Source: an uncultured archaeon
GTDB taxonomy: Archaea; Thermoproteota; Bathyarchaeia; Bathyarchaeales; Bathycorpusculaceae
Length of the DNA stretch: 64,000 nucleotides
NCBI GenBank assembly: GCA_963782915.1
Contig: CAWALK010000015.1
Coordinates: 32,001 to 96,000, forward strand
Reading direction: 5' to 3'
This document shows positions 53,725 to 64,000 of the stretch, piece after piece (position 1 is the first letter of the stretch; each line of letters starts with the position of its first letter). Under the pieces are notes generated by a model that was not told the DNA's origin, ran no database searches, and saw nothing but the letters and a program-made list of their open reading frames with translations. The translations under genes were made by a program, and so were the position numbers.

Positions 53725-54102
53725 TTAGCGGCATCGTCCCATTCCGTAGCCATTTGCGGTTTGGCTCATCATGCCCCAGCCGTATTGGTTCTGGTTTTGT
53801 GCGTTGGCTCCGTAGCCGTATCCGTTGCAGCCGCCGTTTTGGCAGTAGCCACCCTCGTAGCCGTTGCCATTGTAGCAGTAACCTGCGTATGTACCGTTGT
53901 TGATGCAGTATGGTTGGCCGGTTGTGGCGTTGATGCAGTAAGGCGGAACTACACCGGTGCTGTTAGCGCATAGGGGTACCGTTTGGGTTAGGGTTGGGTT
54001 GGTTGTGTTTTGGGCGCCGACGTACTGGGCTGCCGACACGCCTACTAGTGCCGCCGCAACCAGGGCGACGGCAATTATTGCTAAGATTAATTTTGTTTTC
54101 AT
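53725..54102 (-). CDS. Small secreted Gly/Tyr/Asn/Cys-rich protein
   Basis: MKTKLILAIIAVALV signal peptide; repeated YC(I/Y/Q)N units; GWGMM..GYGMGRCR end. Confidence 0.7.
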   Translation of the reverse strand: MKTKLILAIIAVALVAAALVGVSAAQYVGAQNTTNPTLTQTVPLCANSTGVVPPYCINATTGQPYCINNGTYAGYCYNGNGYEGGYCQNGGCNGYGYGANAQNQNQYGWGMMSQTANGYGMGRCR

Positions 54103-54399
54103 TTTGTTTTGCCTCAACTTACACATTGGGCTTCGGGCGGTTTGGATGTTGACTGAAACAGAAATGAAACAGTCCAATGAAACACTTTGAGCGATTACAG
54201 CGATAACTTAAATGAAGTGGCTGAGCGATGGGATGGTAACCATGTGACCTCTCGGCAGCTATCTTGTAGTGAAGGGTATTTCGGTATTAGTTTTATTGAA
54301 TGTTGCTATAAAATTAAGTGATAGGTCTTTTTCTATTAAATAAAAAATTTTAAGTAGGCGGTGTTCAATTGTTTGTGGTACAATTTAGGAGAAGAAAAA

Positions 54400-57000
54400 A
54401 TGAAATTATTAACGAATAAAATTGCAGCAATTATAGTAATTGCTCTTTTAGCAGCCTCAATTGGACTATCAATCGCACCAAACACACAGGCGCACACTCC
54501 CGCATGGCAAATCACAACGTTTGCCTACATCAGCGCAGCGCCAAACCCAATCGGCGTCGGTCAACAGTCAAACATCGTCTTTTGGCTAGACACCGTCATT
54601 CAGGGCGCAGGCATCACCAACAACATCCGCTTCCAAAACTACAACTTAACCATTGTAGCACCCGACGGAACAAAAACAGAAAAAATCTACCCAACAGTTA
54701 CAGACACAACTTCTTCACAGTACTTCCAATTCACACCAGACCAAGTAGGCACATACAACCTCTACTTCAACTTCCCAGGCCAAGTCTACCAATTCGGCAC
54801 AGCCGGCGGCCAATACAATAACGATACCTACACAGCAAGCAGCGCATCAGCCACACTAACAGTACAGCAGGAACCAGTAGCAGGCTTATCAGCAATCCCA
54901 TTACCCACTGAGTACTGGGCACGACCAATCTTTGGCCAAAACCACCTATGGTCAAGCATAGGCTCAAACTGGCTAGCAGGCGCATCAACAGCTGACCTCT
55001 GGCAAAAGAACGGCCTATCACCTGAGAGTGCACACATCGTCTGGACAAAAGCTCTCGAATACGGCGGCTTAACAGGCGACATAACCACACAATACGGCCA
55101 AGACCAACTCACCGCACCAACATACTACAGTGGCTTCTCATACAACACAAGATTCGGCAACCCAATCATCATGCAAGGCGTACTATACTACCAAGAACCA
55201 AACGGCGAAACAGGAAACAACGGACAAATGGTCGCAGTTGACTTAACCACTGGCCAAACACTCTGGACAAGCAACACCTTCTTCCCAACTAAAGCTTCAC
55301 TGGTTTCATTCGAATCCGCAAACCAACACGGTATGATCGGCGGCATTCTATGGCAAGTTTCAGGCTCTACTTGGATTGGCTATAACGCAGCAAACAAACA
55401 ATGGATAATGAACCTCACCAACGTTCCATCAGGCACAGAAGTAACCACCAACACCGGCGACATACTACGCTATGTACTAAACTATAACACAGCCACAAAC
55501 AAAGGCTGGGTAGCAGTTTGGAACAGCACAGCAGCCATCCTTAGCCAATCAACAATCAACAATGAACCAGGCTGGCCAAACGGCGGCTCAACTGTCACCA
55601 ACGGCACAGTAGGCACCGGCGTAGTTATCGACGCAGGCAAAGCAGCATGTTACTCATCCAACACAACCCTTACCTCAAGCCTAGCAGGCAGCACAGCACC
55701 AGCCATCGTCGGCGTTCTCCCAGGCGACATAATCCTCGGAAGAAGCAGCAGCATCGGTTTAGTTTCACAGCCAAACCCAAACGCTAACCCATGGACAATG
55801 TGGGCACTTAGCGACAAAGCAGCATCACGCGGATCATTACTCTGGCTCAAAAACTATGCAGCCCCAGAAGGCAACCAAACCGAAATGCTCTCAATGCAAC
55901 CCATCGACCCAGTCACACGCGAATTCACAACCACCAGATTCGAAACCGGACAACGCTTAGCATACAGCTTAGACACTGGCGAAAAAGTCTTCGGTCCAGT
56001 CGGCCCATCTATGCCACCACAGTTCCAATACTACAGTGGACGTGAAGGTCTACCGGCATACGGCAACCTCTACGTTGCAGGTTACGGCGGAGTCCTATAC
56101 TGCTACTCAATGACCAACGGAGAATTACTCTGGACATACGGCAACGGCGGCGAAGGCAACAGCACAAACACCGGATTAAACACACCATGGGGTAACTATC
56201 CAACCCACATCGCAGGATTCGCAAACGGCATCGTCTACACCATGTCAGGCGAACACTCACCCAACACACCACTCTACCAAGGATACAGAGCACGAGCAAT
56301 CAACGCATCCAACGGAGCAGAACTCTGGACACTTCTTGACTGGTCCGCATCAGGCTTAGGCACATCCAACGCACCAATCGCCATAGCAGACGGATACATG
56401 GTATTCGCCAATGCATACGACGGCCAAATCTACGCAACAGGCAAAGGCCCAACACAAACAGAAATCGACATCCAAAACAACGTTATCCAACAAGGCAACA
56501 GCGTCCTAATCCAAGGCACAGTCATGGACATATCAGCAGGCACAACTCAGAAACAACAGGCAGCACGCTTCCCAGACGGTGTTCCGGCAGTATCTGAACA
56601 AAGCCAAACTGCATGGATGGAATACGTCTATCAACAGCAACCACTTCCAACCAACGCATCAGGCGTAACAGTCACCCTAAGCGCAGTTGACCCCAACGGA
56701 AACTATGTAACCATCGGCCAAGCAACAAGTGACGCCAAAGGCATATTCGCCTTAACATACACACCAGAAATCTCAGGCATGTACAGAATCTACGCAAGCT
56801 TCGGCGGCTCAGCATCATATTATGCATCATCAGCAGAGAACGTGATGAGCGTAGTTAACGCACCAGCAGCATCTCCAACAGCAACTCCGGCACAAGCTTC
56901 AATGGTTGACCAGTACTTCCTACCAGGCATCATCGGCATAATCGTTACTATCATTGTTGTCGGCGCAATCATAGTGCTTGCACAAAGAAAACATCCATAA
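54400..57000 (+). CDS. Secreted PQQ-like beta-propeller surface protein (paralog of 50995-53502)
   Basis: PNPIGVGQ, LPTEYWARPI, AVDLTTGQTLW, DGQIYATGKGP, ARFPDGVPAVS, TM tail. Confidence 0.85.
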   Translation: MKLLTNKIAAIIVIALLAASIGLSIAPNTQAHTPAWQITTFAYISAAPNPIGVGQQSNIVFWLDTVIQGAGITNNIRFQNYNLTIVAPDGTKTEKIYPTVTDTTSSQYFQFTPDQVGTYNLYFNFPGQVYQFGTAGGQYNNDTYTASSASATLTVQQEPVAGLSAIPLPTEYWARPIFGQNHLWSSIGSNWLAGASTADLWQKNGLSPESAHIVWTKALEYGGLTGDITTQYGQDQLTAPTYYSGFSYNTRFGNPIIMQGVLYYQEPNGETGNNGQMVAVDLTTGQTLWTSNTFFPTKASLVSFESANQHGMIGGILWQVSGSTWIGYNAANKQWIMNLTNVPSGTEVTTNTGDILRYVLNYNTATNKGWVAVWNSTAAILSQSTINNEPGWPNGGSTVTNGTVGTGVVIDAGKAACYSSNTTLTSSLAGSTAPAIVGVLPGDIILGRSSSIGLVSQPNPNANPWTMWALSDKAASRGSLLWLKNYAAPEGNQTEMLSMQPIDPVTREFTTTRFETGQRLAYSLDTGEKVFGPVGPSMPPQFQYYSGREGLPAYGNLYVAGYGGVLYCYSMTNGELLWTYGNGGEGNSTNTGLNTPWGNYPTHIAGFANGIVYTMSGEHSPNTPLYQGYRARAINASNGAELWTLLDWSASGLGTSNAPIAIADGYMVFANAYDGQIYATGKGPTQTEIDIQNNVIQQGNSVLIQGTVMDISAGTTQKQQAARFPDGVPAVSEQSQTAWMEYVYQQQPLPTNASGVTVTLSAVDPNGNYVTIGQATSDAKGIFALTYTPEISGMYRIYASFGGSASYYASSAENVMSVVNAPAASPTATPAQASMVDQYFLPGIIGIIVTIIVVGAIIVLAQRKHP

Positions 57001-57338
57001 GCAACTAAAAATCAATCTATCTTTCTTTTTTTATTTTTTTTAACTTTCAAGAACCTTTTCGTATTCTGCCTATCTCGTTGTTTTCTGTTTTTCTAGTAGA
57101 AGATAATGGCGCAGGCTCCTATACCCTTCTTCTTCCTGTGGACTTGGTAGGCGACTCTGTTTTGATGTCTGCGTTTGGTTTGGGTTGCAGGCTGGTTGAG
57201 GCGTTTTCTACCAGCAGCTCCTTATGGCGTTCAAGGTTCACATCTAATCTGCCGCACCAAACCATCCCCAACGTAGAAAACGCCTGCGGCTTGAGTTTCA
57301 AATTCTAACAAAATAACATACCCCAAAACCGGGGAGAA

Positions 57339-58442
57339 TTAGGTTATATTCGCTGTTACTATCCATGAATCGGGAGTGCTTGTGTATGTGTATATTCTTT
57401 TCATGTTGTTGATATAGAAGGTTAGAGAGGTTATGCTCGGTAGAGTTGTTTTGCTTATAGTTGCTTCGACGCTGTTTAATCCGCCGTTTTTGGTAATTGA
57501 GACTGATAATTTCCCTGCCGTTGTAAGTTGAAAGGCTGTTACGTTGGTGGCGTTTGATTCAATCTCTACAGCACGTGTTAATGGCTTTGATGTCGGTGGA
57601 GGCGTTGCTGCTGGTGTTGGAGTGGGTATTGGGGTTACTGTTGGGAGTGGGGTAGCGGTAGGTGTTGGAGTCGCTGTTGGGGTAGCCGTCGAGACTGGAT
57701 TTGATAGAGCAAAATAGTTGTAAACAACTACATCGTCAGCCCAAACCTCTCCAGCAAAATTCCGACCTTCACCATATGCAACAGCGAACCTATCGATGCC
57801 ATGCGAGCCGAATTTGTTATTAAAAATTGCATTATTCACACCAGTGATAATTTGGGTATTAGCATCATTAACTGAAAACACATAGGTGCCGTTTACACTA
57901 TCGACTTTTGCGTATAACGAAAGCTTGAACCATGTATTTGGTGCAGGTGTTGGCGACGTAACGAAAAATCGTCCGCCGCTCTTGCTATCTTCATACCAAA
58001 AAACCCATTTGTACGCTCCATTGTTGTAGAATATTCCAGAATTGGCGATTACTTCAGCGTCTGTAGAAATGAATGGATTTCCAACAACTAATGCACCTGT
58101 TTCAACATATGAGCCTTCTACTCCATACGGTAGCGCAGTGTAACGATGCCAAACTTCGAGGTATACCTCATTTTGGCTTGATGGGAAGACATAGACTGGT
58201 TCGTAGAAAGAGTATTGTCCTCTGCAAGCATAATTTCCGCTATGCTTGTAGGTGGTGCTAACTGTTGGGTTACCGTTTCTGTCGTTCCATTTTGATAGGT
58301 TCCCCGTTTCAAAGTCATCTGAAAATAGAACTGTGGTATCTGCTTGGGAAAGCAAGTTTGTCGATAATGGAACGATTATAATTGAGATACAGATCAATAT
58401 TAAAAAGATACCGAAAAGGGTTGAAGGTTTTTGTGATACCAT
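57339..58442 (-). CDS. Secreted protein with beta-sandwich (LamG/polysaccharide-lyase-like) domain and PT linker
   Basis: Signal/TM, LFSDDFETGNLSKW, NTWFKLSL, VWADDVVV, (TP)n linker. Confidence 0.65.
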   Translation of the reverse strand: MVSQKPSTLFGIFLILICISIIIVPLSTNLLSQADTTVLFSDDFETGNLSKWNDRNGNPTVSTTYKHSGNYACRGQYSFYEPVYVFPSSQNEVYLEVWHRYTALPYGVEGSYVETGALVVGNPFISTDAEVIANSGIFYNNGAYKWVFWYEDSKSGGRFFVTSPTPAPNTWFKLSLYAKVDSVNGTYVFSVNDANTQIITGVNNAIFNNKFGSHGIDRFAVAYGEGRNFAGEVWADDVVVYNYFALSNPVSTATPTATPTPTATPLPTVTPIPTPTPAATPPPTSKPLTRAVEIESNATNVTAFQLTTAGKLSVSITKNGGLNSVEATISKTTLPSITSLTFYINNMKRIYTYTSTPDSWIVTANIT

Positions 58443-58765
58443 GTTTTTACCTCTTAAAACCGATAAAATTAGCCAAGGACTAAAATTCACATTAACCTCT
58501 TAAATTCTATCTTGTAACGTACAACACGGTTAACGCCCTTCAACCAGCCAAGAAGTATGCCCGATAATGCAATAGTTATCGAGGGACACTCAAGCTACTT
58601 GCCTGAAAACCGCCCGAGCCACTTACAGTCGTAGGGTTTCATCGGCGTATATTCTTTAGTTCTTCTTTGGCTTTTTCAGTTGGGTACTTGTTTTCTGTAG
58701 TGTCGACGAGACGTACCCGACGTGGTAAAGGTTGTAGCGCATCTAAACGCCGAAAAAAGAAGTGA

Positions 58766-60136
58766 TTAATTGCATTTGGGCTCTATATGCACTGTTACCA
58801 CTGTATTGGCGAAGTGCTCTTTGGTTTCTTTCTCGAGCGCAGAGGCTAAACGGTGAGCTTCTTTTATTTGGACCTGTTTTGTGAAGCAGCAGTCAATGTT
58901 GATGTAGCGTTTGCCCTCTGCCGCATAAGTCAATACTTTCCTGATCTGCAGGTTTCCGCCGATGCTCTTTGCGGCGTCGTTGACGACTTTTTGCAGTTTT
59001 GTTTCGTTGAATTGTTCTGCCGGTATGGCTTCGCCTGATGGTTCAACGTGTACAGTGATGTTTTCAAGCGGCTTAATCGCTAGTTTTATCTTTTGTTCGA
59101 TTGTCTCAGCGATTTTGTGGGCTTCTTCCACTGACAACTCTGGGTTAACGTATGCATGTAGGGTGATGTAGAGTTTGCCGCCAACTAAGCTGGTAGAGAC
59201 TTCATGGACCTCTTTAACGCCCTCGATAGTTGCCAACTTGATTACTTCGTTTTGCAGTTTCTTCTCCTTATCCGAAGGTTCAACATGGATGGTTGCATCA
59301 ACATTGCCGAAGTTATCCTTTAGGCATGCTTCGATTTTGGAGGCTAAGGAATGTGCATCTTCCAAGCCCATGCCGTTGGGAACTTGAACTGACGCATCAA
59401 CAAAAACTTTGGTGCCAACCTTGCGAAGCTTCAGGTTTACGATTTTTACAACTCCTTCACATGATAGGATGGCTTTTCGGGTATTGGCAACAATTTCTTT
59501 TGAGGCGGTGTCACTTAGTTCCATGACGCTGGATTTTGCTAGTTTGAGGCTCAAGTATGTGAGCATGCAACCTAGGAAGATTGATGCGAAAGCGTCTGCT
59601 CCAATGAAGCCCAATAGTGCGAGGCCGAAACCGATTAGAGCAATGATTGTTGAGCCAAGGTCGGCGATTGCGTCGTAGAATCCAGCTTTCATAGATTGGC
59701 TTTCGGTGTGCTGGTTTTTCTTGAAAACAGTTACTCTTAGTGATGCGATGATGAGTGCGTAAGCTATTGCTGCGAAACCAGTGTATTCTATGCCGCCTTC
59801 AAGTGTTGCTCCGGATATGAGTCTGAGTGCAGCTTCATAGAAGATTATACAGGCAACCGCAATCAGTACGATGCCACCGATTAATCCGCCTATAGCCTCG
59901 AATTTTTCATGACCATAAGTGTGCTCCTCATCTGCAGGTTTAAGTGAAGCACGTACCGCAAAGAATAACATTACACTTGAAAGAGCATCCAGCAAAGCAT
60001 GTAAGCCGTCGCTTATGATGGCTAAACTGTTAACATATGCGCCTATGGTTACTTCAACGATTACGACACTAAAGATTGCTACGGCAGAAATTTTTAATGC
60101 CTTAAGCTTTGCTTGCCCTTCAAGATTAAATTGCAT
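58766..60136 (-). CDS. Cation diffusion facilitator (FieF-like) with three tandem C-terminal dimerisation domains
   Basis: SLAIISDGLH, PADEEHTYGHEKFE; three AH...IHVEP/VHVEP/VHIEP repeats. Confidence 0.92.
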   Translation of the reverse strand: MQFNLEGQAKLKALKISAVAIFSVVIVEVTIGAYVNSLAIISDGLHALLDALSSVMLFFAVRASLKPADEEHTYGHEKFEAIGGLIGGIVLIAVACIIFYEAALRLISGATLEGGIEYTGFAAIAYALIIASLRVTVFKKNQHTESQSMKAGFYDAIADLGSTIIALIGFGLALLGFIGADAFASIFLGCMLTYLSLKLAKSSVMELSDTASKEIVANTRKAILSCEGVVKIVNLKLRKVGTKVFVDASVQVPNGMGLEDAHSLASKIEACLKDNFGNVDATIHVEPSDKEKKLQNEVIKLATIEGVKEVHEVSTSLVGGKLYITLHAYVNPELSVEEAHKIAETIEQKIKLAIKPLENITVHVEPSGEAIPAEQFNETKLQKVVNDAAKSIGGNLQIRKVLTYAAEGKRYINIDCCFTKQVQIKEAHRLASALEKETKEHFANTVVTVHIEPKCN

Positions 60137-60261
60137 ATTCCAATCTATCTAAGCTCGCTGCAAGGGCGATTTAAGAATTGTGGGCTAAAACGATTATTTA
60201 ATGTTGCAGCTAACGCTTTTTTCGGGCGTGACTTAAATAATTCCCAGTTAAGTTTTAAGCG

Positions 60262-61506
60262 ATGAAGTTTTCGGGGCTTTTCCGTGGAGACCAAGCGGTT
60301 CTAAGAGGCAACTTTCTACTAATAACTGTAAGCTGGATAATCATGTTCTCCGCGCAGCCTATCCCAGACACCTACGCCAGCCTATATTATCTTCATCTTG
60401 GAGCCAACGAATTAATGCTCGCAGCAATGGGCTTCGCAGGCTCAATCGCAGTGGCTTTAGTCCAGTTTCCAGGCGGCTACTTAGCCGACAAACATGGTAG
60501 ACGATGGCTTATTGTCACCATGACCTTTGGAATGGCCATCGGCAGCTTATTCTTTATTTTTGCCCCCTCATGGGAATTCATTCTGATTGGTTTGCTTGTG
60601 CAGAACTTCTGTTCAATCTATGGACCAGCCTTGATGGCGATGGTAATTGATTCCTTACCGTCCCAAAATAGAGGGGCTGGTTTTAGTTTCCAATCGGTAG
60701 TTACAACGTTGGTTCTGTTGCCTGCCCCATTAATCGCCCAGTACCTTGTAGCTACCTTCAACTTCGATTTCGGAATGCGCATAGCCTACACATTAACCGC
60801 TACCGCATACTTTGCCATCGCTATTTTACGATTTAGATTAACAGAAACCCTGCCACCAGCTGGCCAAAAAGCGAAGTTCAGCTTCGTTGACGCTCTACGC
60901 AGCTATCCAAAAGCAGTCAAAGAGGGCATCTGCGTCTGGCGAAAAGTCCCAAAATCAGCCTTCAACCTTTTCTTAGCCATAATCGTCGTAAATGGGTTGG
61001 TGGTTAGTTGTGCAACATACTTTGTTGTCTACGCAACTTCGGTTCTCAGTATGTCCCTTGAGCAGTGGGCGCTTGTAATGACCTTTAGGTACCTAACCAT
61101 TGCGATTCCCGCAATACTTGCTGGTTTTAGTATGGATGCTTTGGGAAGAAAACGCTTCCTCATACTGGGTTACCTGCTCTATATCCCTGGTATGTTGCTT
61201 TTCATCAATGCTGACTTTAACATGCTTTTGCTTGCATTCTTCTTCTTTGGATTAGGCAACCTATTACAGCTAAACAGCTACCAAGTGCTGATGGGCGATT
61301 TGGTTCCAAGAAACCTCAGAGGAACCGCTACAGGTTGCCTACAATTCTTCATGTTCTTAATGCAGGCTATTCTGCAGATTGTCATCGGCGTTATCTATGT
61401 GTATGTTTCGCCTCAGCTGCCGTTTCTGCTATTAGCGGTTACTATGCTGCCTTTGTCGCTTTTTGTGCTCTGGCGTGTTCATGAACCCAAAGTAAGAGAA
61501 GCCTAA
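60262..61506 (+). CDS. MFS transporter
   Basis: About 12 TM; GGYLADKHGRR and MDALGRKR motif A. Confidence 0.92.
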   Translation: MKFSGLFRGDQAVLRGNFLLITVSWIIMFSAQPIPDTYASLYYLHLGANELMLAAMGFAGSIAVALVQFPGGYLADKHGRRWLIVTMTFGMAIGSLFFIFAPSWEFILIGLLVQNFCSIYGPALMAMVIDSLPSQNRGAGFSFQSVVTTLVLLPAPLIAQYLVATFNFDFGMRIAYTLTATAYFAIAILRFRLTETLPPAGQKAKFSFVDALRSYPKAVKEGICVWRKVPKSAFNLFLAIIVVNGLVVSCATYFVVYATSVLSMSLEQWALVMTFRYLTIAIPAILAGFSMDALGRKRFLILGYLLYIPGMLLFINADFNMLLLAFFFFGLGNLLQLNSYQVLMGDLVPRNLRGTATGCLQFFMFLMQAILQIVIGVIYVYVSPQLPFLLLAVTMLPLSLFVLWRVHEPKVREA

Positions 61507-62381
61507 ACGTGGGCAGCAATGGGATTAACCATTACTTTTTCCAGTAATCCCTCTTTTTCTTCTTTTACTATGGGCATTCGATATACTGTGACTGCTCTGG
61601 AACTGTTCCATGTTTCATTAAAGTTTTCGCGGTAAGCCCCAACTATGTTAGTGTCATTTGTCCAAAGGATACTTGGGTAACCCGCCTGTGTTTTCTGCTG
61701 TGTTGCAATCCAAACCTCTTTGTCATCTATCAACTGGTAATTTTTACAGGCACACCTATCAATCAATTTTACTTTATAAGATCCGTTTCGGGGAGCAATC
61801 TTTTCAGCGATTTGCATAGCCTCATCCTTACCCTCAGAGCCCACTATAATTAAACGTAATTTTGCATTGCCGTTTTCAATTATTTGCGTGTAAGCTCGAA
61901 AAGCGTGGATGGCTGGTGTTTTTATTTGTTCTATGGTTGTAACTACCATGAGGTTTTTTGTTCTTCTTTTGAAGCTTTGTTCGCTACGGTTCAGGATTGC
62001 TTCGTCGGTTGTTAGAAGGGTGAATCGTGCGTCCTCCTTGCTTTCTGGCTGTTGCTGGATTGTCTCTGACAATTCGTTAAGGTTTTTTTCCAGTTGAGTG
62101 ATTCGTTGGTCGGATTTTTCTTTTTCTTTCAGAATTATGCTTTCTAACGCTTTTTTGACGGGTAATGCCTCAATCATGAAGGGTTTATCGATGGTTCTGG
62201 TTATTAGCCCCATTTTCTCAAGCTTAGGTAACAATTTGTAGATGTCTTGTCTGTGTAGCTGAGTGTTCTTTGAGATTCTTCCTACCCCAGTTTTCCCTGC
62301 TTGAACGATACTGAGGTATACCTTCGCTTGATTTATGGTAAAACCAAAATTCGTCATTTTTTCAACTAAATCTTCTTGCAT
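61503..62381 (-). CDS. TrmB family transcriptional regulator
   Basis: FGFTINQAKVYL...IYKLLPKLEKMGLI HTH; C-terminal LIDDKEVW...FNETW effector domain. Confidence 0.88.
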   Translation of the reverse strand: MQEDLVEKMTNFGFTINQAKVYLSIVQAGKTGVGRISKNTQLHRQDIYKLLPKLEKMGLITRTIDKPFMIEALPVKKALESIILKEKEKSDQRITQLEKNLNELSETIQQQPESKEDARFTLLTTDEAILNRSEQSFKRRTKNLMVVTTIEQIKTPAIHAFRAYTQIIENGNAKLRLIIVGSEGKDEAMQIAEKIAPRNGSYKVKLIDRCACKNYQLIDDKEVWIATQQKTQAGYPSILWTNDTNIVGAYRENFNETWNSSRAVTVYRMPIVKEEKEGLLEKVMVNPIAAHV

Positions 62382-62624
62382 ACTTTTTTGCCTGCCCAAA
62401 TTCAGGAGTCCCAACTCCTGACTGAGTAGCTTATTTTATTTGAAGTCCACTTAAAACTTTCGTATATTACAAAATATGGACCTATCTACATAACAGGAGT
62501 CCCTATTTTATTCAACACTATTTTTCCAAAGCGGCACGGGCAAGTTAATGCTTTCTTGAAGAAAAATCAGAAAAAGCTGCATCGATAGGCATTTAGGCTG
62601 GAAGAAGAGTATATCAGCAAACAG

Positions 62625-63917
62625 TTGATGCACATGGCACTGGTAAAGATAAGCCAAATATTAGAAGGCAACTGCAAGGACCAAAAAGTCACCGTTCGCG
62701 GCTGGGTATACCGCAAACGCGAAGGAAAAGCACTCATATTCCTAGTTATCAGAGACTCAACAGGAGTAATCCAATCAACCATCAAAAAAGACAGTCCCTG
62801 CTGGAATGAAGCCCAAAAATTAACCATCGAATCCTCACTCTCCCTAGAAGGAACAGCACGAGAAGACACACGTGCACCAGGCGGATTCGAAATCGGCGCA
62901 GAAGCCATAGAAATAATTGGCATAGCCGAAAACTTCCCCATCAGCAAAGACAAAAGCGAAGAATTCATCCGCGACATGCGCCACCTCTGGCTACGCAGCA
63001 GAAAAATGAACCTCGTCATGAAAGTCAGAGCTGAAACCCTAAAAGCAGCCCGCGAATACTTCGAACAACAGAAATACACCGAAGTTTCACCGCCCATGTT
63101 CATCTCAGCAGCAGTAGAAGGCGGCTCAACACTTTTCGGCCTAAAATACTTCGAACAAGACCTCTACCTAACACAAAGCAGCCAACTCTACCTCGAAATA
63201 CTCATCTACTCACTAGAAAACGTCTACTGCATCGCACCCTCTTTCCGTGCAGAAAAAAGCCGCACCATACGCCACTTAACCGAGTACTGGCACATCGAAG
63301 GCGAATGGCCCTTCTCAAACATGGAAGAACTCATGAAATTCGAAGAAGGCCTCATGTCATATGTCTGCAAAGCCATCAGTGAACGCTGCCAAGCAGAATT
63401 CAAAGAACTCGGCGCAGACATCGAGAAACTAAAAGCCGTACAAGCACCATTCCCAAGAATCACCTACAAAGAAGCCATCGAACGCCTAAAAACCAAAAAC
63501 CCAGCATTAGACTGGGGCGCAGACTTAGGCTATGAAGACGAAAAGGTGCTGGCAGAAGACTTCGGCAAACCATTCTTCGTCTATGATTACCCAACCGCCA
63601 TCAAAGCGTTCTACTGCAAAACCTACCGCGACCACCCAGAAATCGCCATGTCCGTAGACATGATGGTTCCAAGAATCGGCGAAATCAGCACAGGCGGACA
63701 AAGAGAAGAAGACAAAGAAATCCTCATCCAACGCATGAAGGATCAGGGTTTGAAACCTGAAGAATACGAATGGTACCTTGACCTAAGACGCTACGGAACA
63801 GTCCCACACGTCGGCTTCGGCATGGGTTTGGAGCGGTTGCTGGTTTGGATGCTTGATTTAGACAACATCATCGATGCGATTCCGTTCCCAAGAACCACAC
63901 GTCGATTCTACCCCTAA
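62625..63917 (+). CDS. asnS: Asparaginyl-tRNA synthetase
   Basis: VTVRGWV OB fold, RHLWLRS, EGGSTLF, YLTQSSQLYLE, FRAEKSRTIRHLTEYW, WYLDLRRYG.PH.GFGMGLER. Confidence 0.9.
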   Translation: MMHMALVKISQILEGNCKDQKVTVRGWVYRKREGKALIFLVIRDSTGVIQSTIKKDSPCWNEAQKLTIESSLSLEGTAREDTRAPGGFEIGAEAIEIIGIAENFPISKDKSEEFIRDMRHLWLRSRKMNLVMKVRAETLKAAREYFEQQKYTEVSPPMFISAAVEGGSTLFGLKYFEQDLYLTQSSQLYLEILIYSLENVYCIAPSFRAEKSRTIRHLTEYWHIEGEWPFSNMEELMKFEEGLMSYVCKAISERCQAEFKELGADIEKLKAVQAPFPRITYKEAIERLKTKNPALDWGADLGYEDEKVLAEDFGKPFFVYDYPTAIKAFYCKTYRDHPEIAMSVDMMVPRIGEISTGGQREEDKEILIQRMKDQGLKPEEYEWYLDLRRYGTVPHVGFGMGLERLLVWMLDLDNIIDAIPFPRTTRRFYP

Positions 63918-64000
63918 ACTTCTTTTCTTACTTTATTTTTTTAGTTTTAGAATGCCCACCAGCCCAACGCAAAAAGCATCGTAAAAAAGCAAAGCCAAGC

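Noticed and set aside
58500-58760. Possible ncRNA or gene remnant between the secreted protein and the CDF transporter
   Set aside because: No sustained ORF, no recognisable RNA family motif and no strong stem found by eye.

Overview
Archaeal chromosomal segment, most consistent with Bathyarchaeia. The assignment is inferred from tiaS, archaeal-type alaS/asnS/trmI, stand-alone Lrp/AsnC domains, large secreted PQQ-like beta-propeller proteins and PocR/PAS kinases. Single-base frameshifts interrupt many genes, including essential ones (hisS, tiaS, alaS, dnaK), so this looks like an imperfect long-read assembly. Most 'split' ORFs are probably intact genes. Main points of interest: (1) an AT-rich two-gene short prokaryotic Argonaute + TIR-APAZ (SPARTA-type) defence operon at 43673-46541; (2) an operon joining a double-cubane-like HgdB-family reductase, BzdP/BzdQ-like ATPases, a BzdM-like ferredoxin and two membrane redox proteins (3199-8255); (3) a dispersed intergenic TATA+G-tract repeat family present as two inward-facing sets (10.7/15.6 kb and 46.9/50.8 kb); (4) a candidate box C/D sRNA with an adjacent long G-U-rich hairpin at 47669-47792; (5) an orphan contractile-injection-system/phage-tail chaperone-like gene at 9339-9703; (6) a ~3 kb error-saturated stretch hiding a P-type Ca-ATPase gene and starting at a T18 tract, probably an assembly artefact or misjoin. 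No rRNA, tRNA, CRISPR array, integrase or transposase was recognised by eye.
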